Assembly (NCBI GenBank): GCA_963745035.1
Contig: CAVUVW010000014.1
Coordinates: 832,001 to 896,000, forward strand
Length of the DNA: 64,000 nt
Source: an uncultured delta proteobacterium
GTDB taxonomy: Bacteria > Desulfobacterota > Binatia > UBA9968
Direction of reading: 5' to 3'
The notes below the pieces were generated by a model, which ran no database searches, was not told the origin of the DNA, and saw nothing but the letters and a program-made list of their open reading frames with translations. Made by a program: the position numbers and the translations under genes. This document shows, one piece after another, positions 50,404 to 60,266 of this stretch (positions within the stretch are counted from its first letter, which is position 1; each line of letters begins with the position of its first letter).

Positions 50404-51552
50404 ATGAGCGCGCCTTTCCAAATCCAAACTCCGCCGCTCGCCGCCAATTGCCTGGTCTGCGGCATTCCGCTCGTGGGCTTGACCGCCGTCTTCTTGCGGT
50501 GGCGAGGCATTGGTCGAAGCCCGCGTAATCCTAATTGCTGCACACGGTGCGGCGCCCACCTAGAGGAGGGCCGCCTTGTGGAGATAACGGTGGTCTTCGC
50601 CGATCTCTCCTCTTTTACGGAGATAACCGGCCGCCTCGGGGCAACGACCACCTATTCGGTAGTCGATGAGTTCCTGCGCTTGGCTTCGGCCACACTGGTG
50701 AGCCACGGAGCCTTTATCGACAAGTACATCGGCGATGCGGTGATGGCCTTATTCAATGTTCCGATAAAACGCGCCGACCACGCGGCGGCTGCGGTCGCTG
50801 CGTCTGCAAAGCTGCAAGAGCTTCTTCCCGAGCTTTCCGAGCGGCTGGGCATGCCCCTGCAGGCCTCGATCGGCATAGCCTCAGGCTTTGCTCGTGTCGG
50901 GCGGCTGGGCTCAGATGACATCAAGGATTATACGGCCATCGGCGACGCCGTTAACCAGGCTGCGCGCCTGCAGGCGCAAGCCGGTCCCACCGAAATACTC
51001 GTGTCAGAGGACGTCTATAGAGAGGTAGCGTCAGCCTATCCGGGTGTCCCAGCCGAGACGCTCGTCCTCAAGGGATTCCCGCAACGCACCGTGGCCTATC
51101 GGTTGAACGGCAAGCCGCGTTCTGTGCTCTCCGCTGCCTCGTGGATGCCTGAAGGTCGGCCGGCGATGAACTGGAGCGCCGTGACGCTCGCCTTCCTCGG
51201 CAGCGGCTGCCTTGGGAGCAATATCGCCGCCGCACTGGTGCTTGCCTTTGGCGGAGGCTCGGCGGGTGCGCTTTATGCGCTCGCAAACTGGTTGGACGAC
51301 AGCGCCGCGCGCGTGCCCCTCCTCATGATATCGACATTGGTGGCTTCGATCGTCCTGGTCTCACTCGAGCGTCAACGCCGCATGCGCCGCGACTGTATAG
51401 CCCGTCGCTCGTGCCTTGAGATGACACCCCAGGAAAGTCGTCAGGTGCGGCTTGCGGCCGGCTTGGCGGCGGCGTCTTTGATGCTCATTGCCGTAGAACT
51501 CTTGCTGCACTACGTGATCGGCCATCCGCTGGTTAGACGACCTACCTTATGA
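50404..51552 (+). CDS. Class III adenylate cyclase with Cys-rich N-terminus and C-terminal membrane domain
   Basis: VFADLSSFT, IDKYIGDAVMA, YTAIGDAVNQAARLQ; N-terminal CLVC...NPNCCTRC; three C-terminal hydrophobic segments. Confidence 0.88.
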   Translation: MSAPFQIQTPPLAANCLVCGIPLVGLTAVFLRWRGIGRSPRNPNCCTRCGAHLEEGRLVEITVVFADLSSFTEITGRLGATTTYSVVDEFLRLASATLVSHGAFIDKYIGDAVMALFNVPIKRADHAAAAVAASAKLQELLPELSERLGMPLQASIGIASGFARVGRLGSDDIKDYTAIGDAVNQAARLQAQAGPTEILVSEDVYREVASAYPGVPAETLVLKGFPQRTVAYRLNGKPRSVLSAASWMPEGRPAMNWSAVTLAFLGSGCLGSNIAAALVLAFGGGSAGALYALANWLDDSAARVPLLMISTLVASIVLVSLERQRRMRRDCIARRSCLEMTPQESRQVRLAAGLAAASLMLIAVELLLHYVIGHPLVRRPTL

Positions 51553-51619
51553 GCTGGCAAATTCGACTGGTTCTAAAGAAGGAGTTTCGCCTGAACGGAT
51601 TTTAATCGGAGTTAGAAAA

Positions 51620-51697
51620 ATGGTCGAAGAGATCAACCACGATCGTCGTCGCTTTCTAGCCACCGCGATAGTGGTTTCAGAAAAGGAGACGCGATGA
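51620..51697 (+). pseudogene. 25-aa twin-arginine signal stub / possible leader ORF
   Basis: MVEEINHDRRRFLATAIVVSEKETR*; resembles SEEVKYDRRRFLSTAAM of the 52775 hydrolase; ATGA overlap with the ADH start. Confidence 0.5.
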
Positions 51698-52701
51698 ATG
51701 CTAAAGCATGGGTTGCAAAGGCGGCAAAACAGCCGATGGTGCTCGAAACCGTTGATCTCGGACCGCTCGGGGCCGAGGAGGTTGAAGTCGCTGTCGAACA
51801 CTGCGGTTTGTGTCACTCCGATCTCTCCGTCTTGAACAATGAGTGGGGTATTTCGCAGTACCCCGCGATTCTCGGCCACGAGGTCGTCGGTCATGTCACG
51901 GCCGTAGGTCCGAATGCCAAGGGACTCAAGGTCGGACAGCGCGTCGGCGTCGGCTGGTACTCGGGTAGCTGCATGCATTGTCATCAGTGCATGTCGGGAA
52001 GCCATCACCTTTGCCCGCAAGTGCAACCGACCATCGTCGGTCATCGCGGCGGCTTCGCGACCCACATCCGCTCGCACTGGGCTTGGGCCATCCCGCTGCC
52101 GGAAAGGCTGAACTTCGCCGAAGCCGGGCCGCTCCTGTGCGGGGGCATCACCGTCTTCGCGCCGCTGGCCATGTACGCCAAGCCGACCGACCGGGTAGGC
52201 ATCATCGGCATCGGCGGGCTGGGGCACATGGCCGTGAAGTTCGCCGCCGCGTACGGCTGCGACGTGACAGCGTTCACGTCGAGCGAGAGCAAGTTCGATG
52301 AGGCGAAGGGTTTCGGGGCGAACCACGTCGTCTCGAGCAAAGACTCGGCGGCGATCAGGAAGCTCGGTGGCAGCTTCAACCTCCTGATCAGCACCGTCAA
52401 CGTGAAGCTCGATTGGGATGCGATGATCGGCACGCTCGCGCCGAACGGCCGGCTGCATGTCGTCGGTGCCGTGCTGGAACCGATCCCGGTCGCGGCATTC
52501 TCACTCATCCTGCAGCAGCGTAGCGTCTCGGGTTCGCCGACTGGCTCGCCGGTGGCGATCGCGACGATGCTCGACTTTGCTTCACGACACAATGTCGCGC
52601 CGCAGACCGAGCATTTCCCGATGAGCAACATCAAGGAGGCCTTTGCCAGACTCGAATCAGGCAAGGCCCGTTACCGCATCGTGCTGGACGCGGATTTCTG
52701 A
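51694..52701 (+). CDS. Zn-dependent NADPH aldehyde reductase / alcohol dehydrogenase (Ahr/YjgB-like)
   Basis: CGLCHSD, GHEVVG, C..C..C......C cluster, PLLCGGITV, GIGGLGH, RYRIVL. Confidence 0.93.
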   Translation: MNAKAWVAKAAKQPMVLETVDLGPLGAEEVEVAVEHCGLCHSDLSVLNNEWGISQYPAILGHEVVGHVTAVGPNAKGLKVGQRVGVGWYSGSCMHCHQCMSGSHHLCPQVQPTIVGHRGGFATHIRSHWAWAIPLPERLNFAEAGPLLCGGITVFAPLAMYAKPTDRVGIIGIGGLGHMAVKFAAAYGCDVTAFTSSESKFDEAKGFGANHVVSSKDSAAIRKLGGSFNLLISTVNVKLDWDAMIGTLAPNGRLHVVGAVLEPIPVAAFSLILQQRSVSGSPTGSPVAIATMLDFASRHNVAPQTEHFPMSNIKEAFARLESGKARYRIVLDADF

Positions 52702-52774
52702 TTCAGACCAGCGAAATTGCTTCGCTAATGGCGGCGCTCATTTCGGTCGCTGGTAAATGAAAGGAGTTTTCTTC

Positions 52775-53858
52775 ATGACCATAAACGCAACAAACGCCGA
52801 TGAAAGGTCCGAAGAAGTCAAATATGATCGCCGCCGCTTTTTGAGCACTGCCGCGATGAGCATTGCCGCCGCCCAGCTCGGCATGGCCGGCTTTGCGGAC
52901 GCACAATCCAACAAAACAAAATCGGCACACTCGCCCAAGATGAAGCGCGGCATGAATACCTCGTTCGGATCATTGAAGCAGATCGATGCCGGGGTTCTGA
53001 ACATTGGCTATGCCGAATCGGGTCCAAGCGGTGGTCCTCCGGTCATACTTCTTCATGGCTGGCCCTACGACATTCACAGCTTCATCGATGTTGCCCCTCT
53101 GCTGGCTTCGGCGGGTTACAGGGTGATTGTTCCGTATGTGCGCGGCTACGGCACGACGCGCTTTCTGTCGAATGATACGTTACGGAACGGCCAGCCATCG
53201 GCACTTGCTGTCGATATCATCGCCTTCATGGATGCTCTCAAAATCGACAGGGCGATCCTCGCCGGTTTTGACTGGGGGGCGCGGACCGCCAACATCATCG
53301 TGGCGTTGTGGCCGGAGCGCTGCAAGGCGATGGTGTCGGTGAGCGGGTATCTGATCGGCAGTCAGGAAGCCGGCAAGATGCCGCTGCCGCCAAAGAATGA
53401 GCTCCAATGGTGGTACCAATATTATTTTGCCACTGAACGGGGCCGAGCCGGCTACGAAAAACATCGTAACGATTTTGCGAAGCTCATTTGGCAGATCGCT
53501 TCGCCGAAGTGGAGGTTCGATGATGCCACGTTCGAACGCACTGCGGCATCCTTCAACAATCCGGATCACGTCCAGCATCGTGATTCATAACTATCGCTGG
53601 CGGCTCGGACTGGCCGAAGGCGAGTCGAAATACGACGATTTCGAAAAGCGGCTTGCCGCATTTCCGGTGATCACCGTCCCGACGATTACTCTTCAAGGTG
53701 ATGCCGACGGCGCGCCGCGTCCGGACCCCAGCTCTTATGCCAAGAAATTCTCCGGCAAGTATTCGCACCGGACTATCAAGGGCGGTGTCGGCCACAATCT
53801 GCCGCAGGAAGCGCCGCAGGCCTTTGCCAAGGCTGTCATCGATGTCGACCGCTATTGA
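52775..53858 (+). CDS. Tat-exported alpha/beta hydrolase (epoxide hydrolase-like), frameshift near 53572
   Basis: DRRRFL Tat motif, LLHGWP, GFDWGA (Asp nucleophile), GHNLPQEAP in the second frame. Confidence 0.88.
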
Positions 53859-53904
53859 TCAGTCGTTATGAGGAGCATCGGTATAAAATCTGTCAGCTCA
53901 TCAG

Positions 53905-53995
53905 AAGGGTTTTCAGAGATCGGCTAGCACCGACGATTTGAAAAAAATGTGCCGGATCAGTAATGCTGATCTGCTGGCGTTCATCAAGGAGTTAG
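53905..53995 (+). pseudogene. Internally deleted 3' relic of a non-heme haloperoxidase paralog
   Basis: Fragments FSE..TDDLKK and NADLLAFIK match [12 protein letters not shown] and NADLLSFLK of the gene at 54308-55145. Confidence 0.55.
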
Positions 53996-54307
53996 CGACG
54001 AGTCTCGCCGGTTGTTGGAATTGAGCCAACTTCAACGGATCCGGGGCCCAGCCGATTGTCTAAGCCATGATCAAGTTCTTCCGCTTCTCACCGAGCCGAT
54101 CGCGCGACTTTTCCGGTGGTTTCGTTCTTCTGCCGACGAGTCAGTAAATGCCGAGATTTCGGCAGCCGGTTCGACCGGCAGCTTAGATATTTCAGAAAGT
54201 TATGTTTGGTCCTAGCCTTGCAGTTATTCGCGCGTAGCAAAAGCATAATTCACGATCGTCGAAACCGAACTAGATAGTCTCAATTTTGTTTATTAAGGAG
54301 AACGCCA

Positions 54308-55145
54308 ATGCCTCACATCACTGTCGGTAAAGAAAATTCCAGCAACATCGACATCTACTACAAGGACTGGGGCAGCGGACAGCCGATTGTCTTCAGTCAT
54401 GGCTGGCCGCTGTCAGGCCGACGACTGGGACACGCAGATGCTGTTCTTCCTCAAGCATGGCTATCGCGTCATAGCCCACGACCGGCGCGGCCATGGCCGC
54501 TCCACCCAGACCGGTGGCGGCCATGACATGGATCATTACGCCGACGACCTAGCGGCGCTGACCGCACATCTCGACCTCAAGGAGGCGGTGCATGTCGGCC
54601 ACTCGACCGGCGGCGGCGAAGTGGTGCACTACCTGGCGCGCCATGGCGAAAAGCGCGTCGCAAAAGCGGTGATCATCGCCGCAGTGCCGCCGCTGATGGT
54701 AAAGACCGCAGCCAATCCGGGTGGGCTGCCCAAGGAGGTGTTTGACGGGCTCCAGGCGCAGCTCGCCGCCAACCGCGCGCAGTTCTACCACGATCTGCCG
54801 GCTGGACCGTTCTATGGTTACAACCGGCCTGGTGCGAAACCTTCTCAGGGCGTGATCTGGAATTGGTGGCGCCAGGGCATGATGGGAGGCGCAAAGGCGC
54901 ACTATGACGGGATCGTTGCCTTCTCCCAGACAGACTTCACCGAAGACTTGAAGAAGATCACCGTGCCCGTCCTGGTGATGCATGGCGATGACGACCAGAT
55001 CGTGCCTTATGCCGATTCGGCACCGCTGTCGGCAAAGTTGCTGAAGAATAGCACACTGAAAACCTACAAGGGTTTTCCGCACGGCATGCCCACGACCGAG
55101 GCCGACACCATTAACGCCGACCTACTGAGCTTCTTGAAGGCGTAA
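54308..55145 (+). CDS. cpo: Non-heme chloroperoxidase / perhydrolase (alpha/beta fold), frameshift near 54415
   Basis: [21 protein letters not shown] / ADDWD...[29 protein letters not shown]. Confidence 0.88.
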
Positions 55146-55317
55146 CGCAGCCCATGGAACGGAAACGAGATGGAGCGCATCCTGTGTTTTGTGGCTCGAT
55201 CGACATGGCCGAGGTGCTTTCCTAATATGTCAAAAACGGTAGGCGCCTCGCCGGCACCGGAGATTATTTCGCTGAGCTTCAATCAATGAACTAAAGACCT
55301 GAAAGGAGAGCAGGACG

Positions 55318-55811
55318 ATGGGACAGAAAGATACAAAGGGAACGCCGACCGATCTCAGCGGCGACGCGGTCGAGGAGATATCGAGCAGCTTACGGCGAAT
55401 GCTTGCCGACGTGTTCGCGCTCTACGTGAAGACGAAGAATTTTCACTGGCACATCAGCGGCCGGCACTTTCGCGATTATCACTTGCTCCTTGATGAGCAG
55501 GCCACGCAAATCTTCGCGATGACGGATACGATCGCCGAACGGGCGCGCAAGATCGCGGCACGACGATTCGTTCGATCGGCGATATCGCGCGCAATCAGCG
55601 GCTCAAAGACAACAATAAAGAAGGCGTGAGCCCGCAGGAAATGATCGCCGAGCTGTGTGAGGACAACCAGCAGCTCACGCGGAGCTTGCGGGCAGTGCAC
55701 GAGGTTTGCGATCGACACAACGACGTCGCGACGGCGAGTTTGATCGAGGTCTGGATCGATGAGAGCGAGCGGCGCACGTGGTTTTTGGCGGAGATCAATC
55801 GCGAACTCTAA
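55318..55811 (+). CDS. dps: Dps family DNA-protection ferritin-like protein, frameshift near 55553
   Basis: KTKNFHWH, HLLLDEQ, D.IAERAR; second frame DVATASLIEVWIDESERRTWFL. Confidence 0.9.
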
Positions 55812-55829
55812 TTGAAGGGAGGTGAAGCG

Positions 55830-56501
55830 ATGGCCAGAGTTCTATCGGTCAACGTTGGACGGGCGCGCGAGTTTGATTACAACGGTCGACCGGCCAAAAG
55901 CGCGATTTGGAAATCGCCGGTTGCCGGCCGTATTGCGGCCCGGGGCGTAAATCTTGAGGGAGACGATCAGGCCGATCGTAAAGCGCACGGGGGGCCGGAT
56001 AAATCAGTGTATGCCTACTCCATAGAAGATCTGCGGTGGTGGCAAGAGAAACTCGGCCGATCGCTTCAATACGGCGTGTTTGGGGAAAACCTCACGACGG
56101 AAGGAATTATGGTGAACGACGCGCTCGTTGGCGAGCGTTGGGAGATCGGCACGGCCGTATTTGAAGTATCCGAACCGCGTATCCCTTGCTGGAGGCTGGG
56201 CTTTCGGATGAACGATCAGGGGTTTGTACGTCGTTTTACCGAGGCGCTGCGACCCGGGACGTACCTGCGCATCGTCGTTGAGGGCGCCGTCGGCGCTGGA
56301 GATGAGATCAGAATCATCGAACGGCCCGATCACGATCTCACGGTTCGAGACATATTTCGAATTTACACTCGAGATCGAGAAGAGGTTGAGCGATTGCTCG
56401 CCGTTCCTCGCATCTCGGAGAGCTGGCGGGGATGGGCGCAACATTTTCTCGAGGAAACGAAAGCTCGGCGCGCAGGCTCGGCTGCTCCTGGATGTTGCTG
56501 A
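55830..56501 (+). CDS. MOSC domain protein (YiiM-like)
   Basis: GDDQAD...HGGPDK, FGENLT, SEPRIPCWRL, G.YLR. Confidence 0.9.
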   Translation: MARVLSVNVGRAREFDYNGRPAKSAIWKSPVAGRIAARGVNLEGDDQADRKAHGGPDKSVYAYSIEDLRWWQEKLGRSLQYGVFGENLTTEGIMVNDALVGERWEIGTAVFEVSEPRIPCWRLGFRMNDQGFVRRFTEALRPGTYLRIVVEGAVGAGDEIRIIERPDHDLTVRDIFRIYTRDREEVERLLAVPRISESWRGWAQHFLEETKARRAGSAAPGCC

Positions 56502-56681
56502 TCTCCAAGCCCTGCACGCGTGACACGCAGCTTTGATCGGCGACTTTAACGATGGCGCGATCGCTAGTCTGATCGTGATTCTTGGCGGAGACCCTACACA
56601 ATATTTAAGAGGCACAGACAATTAATTTGTTTTTTGACCGGTGACTATTAACGTCGCCGCCTAACAAAAAAGGAGGATTTT

Positions 56682-57383
56682 ATGGCTATCTTCGAACCGG
56701 ACGGCAAGAACGCAATTCACGATGGAGTCGAACACGAACCCGGTGGAGGCAAGGGTTTGCTCGACCCCACGGATGCAGTCTTGTTGTTACTCGATCACCA
56801 AGCGGGGCTGTTTCAATCGGTGAAAGACATCAGCGTAGCTGAATTGCGGGCCAACACCACCATGCTGGCGAAGCTCGCGACTCTGATGAAACTGCCGGTC
56901 ATCACGACCGCCTCGGAGCCGAACGGACCCAACGGTCCGCTCATGCCGGAGATTCACGAGTCAGCGCCGCACGCGGTCTTTGTGCCGCGCAAGGGAGAAG
57001 TCAATGCATGGGACAATCAACTTTTCGTCAAAACCGTGCGGGAAACCGGTAAAAAGACTTTGATCATGGCCGGTGTCTGGACGAGCGTCTGCGTCATGTT
57101 TCCGGCGCTCGATGCGAAAGCGGCAGGCTTCAAAGTGTACGCCGTCATGGATGCGTCAGGCGACCCGAGCGAGATGGCATCGAGAACAACACTCGCGCGT
57201 TTCATACAAGCCGGCGTCATCCCCACCTCGGCCAACGCGGTCCTGTGCGAAATTCACCGCACGTGGAACCGCCCCGAAGCCGCCGAGCTGGCCAAGCTGT
57301 ATACGATGGTGGCGCCGAATTACCAGGCTCTCATAGAGAGCTATCAAAAGGCGCAAGACGTGATCAAGCAGCAGAATAAGTAA
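56682..57383 (+). CDS. ycaC: Isochorismatase-family cysteine hydrolase (YcaC-like)
   Basis: LLDHQAGL, SEPNGPNGPL, RKGEVNAWD, AGVWTSVCVMFPAL, DASG. Confidence 0.85.
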   Translation: MAIFEPDGKNAIHDGVEHEPGGGKGLLDPTDAVLLLLDHQAGLFQSVKDISVAELRANTTMLAKLATLMKLPVITTASEPNGPNGPLMPEIHESAPHAVFVPRKGEVNAWDNQLFVKTVRETGKKTLIMAGVWTSVCVMFPALDAKAAGFKVYAVMDASGDPSEMASRTTLARFIQAGVIPTSANAVLCEIHRTWNRPEAAELAKLYTMVAPNYQALIESYQKAQDVIKQQNK

Positions 57384-57424
57384 AAGCGATGGTCGCCAGT
57401 TATAGCCTGTAAACGCGAGATGCC

Positions 57425-57551
57425 GGGCGGAGCACATGCGCCAGCACGAGCGGTCACGGTGGCGGCTCACGAGGCCGAAGAAATGGCACGAGGCTTTCAC
57501 ATCGGTGATCGACCACGAGTTGTCGCGCATTTTATTTCCGCCGGCGAGTAA
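57425..57551 (+). pseudogene. 3' relic of an MFS_3 (transmembrane secretion effector-type) transporter
   Basis: AEHMRQHER / (V)TVAAHEAEEMARGFHIGDRPRVVAHFI* resembles the W.EH.RQH.R.T C-terminal signature of this family. Confidence 0.6.
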
Positions 57552-57560
57552 GGAGGCAAG

Positions 57561-58263
57561 ATGATTACCGTGCGCCATGGCGATGAAAGGGGACGTACGA
57601 GATTCAACTGGCTCGACAGCCGCCACACGTTTTCCTTCGGCGATTACCGCGATCCACAGCACATGGGCTTCAGCGATCTTAGAGTTATCAATGAAGATCG
57701 AGTCACACCGGGCGCGGGATTTCCGACCCATTCGCATAGCGACATGGAAATCATCACCTATGTTCTGGAAGGCACGCTTGCGCACAAGGACAGCACGGGT
57801 ACGAGCTCGGTGATTCGCGTCGGAGACGTCCAACGCATGAGCGCCGGAACAGGCATCAGCCACAGCGAATACAACGCGTCACCAACCGAGCCGGTGCATT
57901 TTCTGCAGATCTGGATCTTGCCCAACCAATCGGGATTGAAGCCAGGGTATGAACAACGCTCATTTGATTTAGAGAAGAATAGCGGAAGCTGGGTTCTTGT
58001 CGCAGCGCCGGATGCTCGCGATGGAGCAGTCAAGGTCCATCAGGATGCCGAGCTATCGCTTGCCGTTCTGCCTGAAGGTCAGACCCTTAGTTATTCTTTA
58101 AAGCCGCGGCCGGGCCGCCTGGCTGCAGGTCGCGCGCGGAAGTGTGACTCTGAATGGAACAGCGCTGCGCGCTGGCGATGGCGCCGCGATCTATCAAGAA
58201 AGCATGTTGGAGGTGAAAGCTGTCGAACGCGCTGAGGTTCTTGTGTTCGATTTGGCTGCCTAG
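57561..58263 (+). CDS. Pirin family protein (YhhW-like), frameshift near 58105
   Basis: [45 protein letters not shown]; tail AWLQVARG...LVFDLA* in a shifted frame. Confidence 0.9.
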
Positions 58264-58309
58264 ATGACAGTGATAAGGATAGCGCTGCTCACTCCAGACC
58301 CCAAACATA

Positions 58310-58477
58310 GATGTGGATGGCGCAGATAAGAAGGTGACTGTTGTCAAAGAGTCACGCATTGTTCGCAATGCCAAAGGAAAGTCGACCGACGGTTCGGTGG
58401 CCGCTCTAAGTGAGGCGCTCGGAGATCTGAGTCGGGGAATTGCTGACGCTGTTAGCGCGATCGACGAGAGGAAATAG
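58310..58477 (+). pseudogene. 3' relic of a PqiC-like ABC auxiliary lipoprotein
   Basis: DGADKKVTVVKESRIVRNAKGKSTDGSVAALSEALGDLSRGIADAV; no 5' portion. Confidence 0.45.
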
Positions 58478-58494
58478 GAGGAGCGAAAGAAGTG

Positions 58495-58649
58495 TTTTGG
58501 TGCCGTGCTCGGCAGTATCGTCGGTGTCCTGTCGGCTACCAGACACGAACACGACTCGTAAAAGCATGGGCTACAGGAGACTTTTACATCGCTCCAACGA
58601 GGATCTCCTGGCGGTCGCCGGCTCGTTATGGGTGGTGTCGGAATTTTGA
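58495..58649 (+). pseudogene. 3' relic of a membrane protein (DUF4126-like)
   Basis: Frame-broken GAVLGSIVG / GYQTRTRLVKA..DFYIA / EDLLAVAGSLWVVSEF*. Confidence 0.45.
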
Positions 58650-58673
58650 CGGCAGAACAGATCGGAGGAACAT

Positions 58674-58948
58674 ATGGCAACGCATGTGAGCATTTGAAAG
58701 ATTTAGCGGCGAAAGATTTTCCCCCGCAGAAAACTCCGAACGCCTGTGAGGAGTGCTTGAGCGAGGGGACGGTATGGGTGGCGCTGCGCGAATGCCAAGC
58801 GTGCGGCCACGTGGGTTGCTGCGACTCTTCGACTGGCAAGCATGCAACCAAACACTTTCACGCGACGCAGCATCCGGTCATGCGCGCGGTGCCGCCGGCG
58901 GCTTGGACTTGGTGCTATGTTCATGAGGCGCAGTCCAGTCTCGGCTGA
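58674..58948 (+). CDS. UBP-type zinc finger protein, probable 1-nt deletion just after the start
   Basis: CEH, CEEC, WVALRECQACGHVGCCDSS..KHATKH, WCYVHE; RBS GGAGG and ATG 58674 are out of frame with the body. Confidence 0.85.
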
Positions 58949-58996
58949 GCTGGATTGCGCTGCATTGTCCCGCGTAATATTTCTCGGAGAGCGATT

Positions 58997-59112
58997 TTGG
59001 ACGAAACGATCCAGTTTCTGATCCGGCACGGCTACGCGCTGCTGTTCGACTGGGTGCTGATCGAGCAGATGGGCTTGCCGATACCGGCGGTGCCGCTGCT
59101 GCTCGCGGCGGG
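58997..59112 (+). pseudogene. 5' stub of a DedA family membrane protein
   Basis: MDETIQFLIRHGYALLFDWVLIEQMGLPIPAVPLLLAAG, then similarity ends and a stop follows at 59149. Confidence 0.7.
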
Positions 59113-59253
59113 CGGTCGCGGGCGGCATCGACGGCTGGCTGGAAAATAAGTGTCCGTTCGAAGTGCTGACACCCTCAAGTCATCCGCCTCCGCTGCCTCT
59201 GTGACGGGCGCGGACGAGGGGCGGTGGAAGCAGCAAGAGCGAAAGGGAAACGT

Positions 59254-60171
59254 ATGAGTTGGCAATCTGCCGAAGAGCCGGAAACCAAAACGCCGTCCGG
59301 CTGTAAGGCTCTCGATAGAGTGATCGTGCCGCGCCCGCGCGACCTTGGCGGCTTCGAGGTCAGGCGCGTGCTGCCGGCTCTCGAGCGGCGCAGCGTCGGG
59401 CCGTTTGTTTTCTTCGATCAGATGGGGCCCGCGGATTTCGAGTCGGGCAGGGGTATCGACGTGCGGCCCCATCCGCACATCGGTCTCGCCACCGTCACGT
59501 ATCTTTTCGCCGGGACGATCATCCATCGCGACAGTCTCGGCACGATGCAAGCCATCGAGCCCGGCGAAGTGAACTGGATGACCGCGGGGCGCGGCATCGT
59601 CCACTCGGAGCGCTCGGACGCCGAGCTCCGAAAGCAGCGCCAAAAGCTCTACGGCATACAGATCTGGGTGGCTCTGCCCAAGCGGCACGAGGAGACAGCC
59701 CCTAATTTCGCCCATTATGACGCCGGGTCGTTGCCCCGGCTCGAAGGCGAAGGAAAGTCGGTGCGCGTCATCGCCGGCTCGCTGTTCGGCAAAACCTCGC
59801 CGGTCAAAGCTTTCTCGGAGCTGTTCTACGCCGACGCCGCGGCGCAGGCCGGAGCCGACCTCGTGCTCGCGGGCGAGCACGAGGAACGCGCGCTCTACCT
59901 TTTGGAAGGAGCGGTGGAAATCGCCGGCGAGCGCTTCGAAGCCGGGCGGCTTCTGGTTTTTTCCGCGGGCGACGAAGTGGTCGTCCGTGCGCTCTCCGCC
60001 GCTCGGCTTCTGCTTTTCGGCGGCGAGTCGCTCGACGGCCCGCGCCATGTCTGGTGGAACTTCGTTTCCAGCTCACGCGAGCGCATCGAGGCGGCAAAGG
60101 CCGACTGGAAAGAGGGTAGGTTCGCTGCCGTGCCTGGCGACGGCGAATTCATTCCCCTGCCGGAGAAGTAG
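59254..60171 (+). CDS. Pirin family protein
   Basis: [47 protein letters not shown]. Confidence 0.95.
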   Translation: MSWQSAEEPETKTPSGCKALDRVIVPRPRDLGGFEVRRVLPALERRSVGPFVFFDQMGPADFESGRGIDVRPHPHIGLATVTYLFAGTIIHRDSLGTMQAIEPGEVNWMTAGRGIVHSERSDAELRKQRQKLYGIQIWVALPKRHEETAPNFAHYDAGSLPRLEGEGKSVRVIAGSLFGKTSPVKAFSELFYADAAAQAGADLVLAGEHEERALYLLEGAVEIAGERFEAGRLLVFSAGDEVVVRALSAARLLLFGGESLDGPRHVWWNFVSSSRERIEAAKADWKEGRFAAVPGDGEFIPLPEK

Positions 60172-60266
60172 GCTCCAGCGCCATACCGCTAATCGAAATT
60201 TTCCCAGCGGGGGTGAAAGCGGCGTAATTCTCCGCCATACTAAGATTGAGCGCTTAAAAATTTCGC

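Noticed and set aside
56490-56550. MOSC protein ends G-C-C-TGA: possible C-terminal Sec read-through
   Set aside because: The domain is already complete, read-through adds no recognisable sequence, and no convincing SECIS is seen; the Cys-Cys tail alone is weak evidence.
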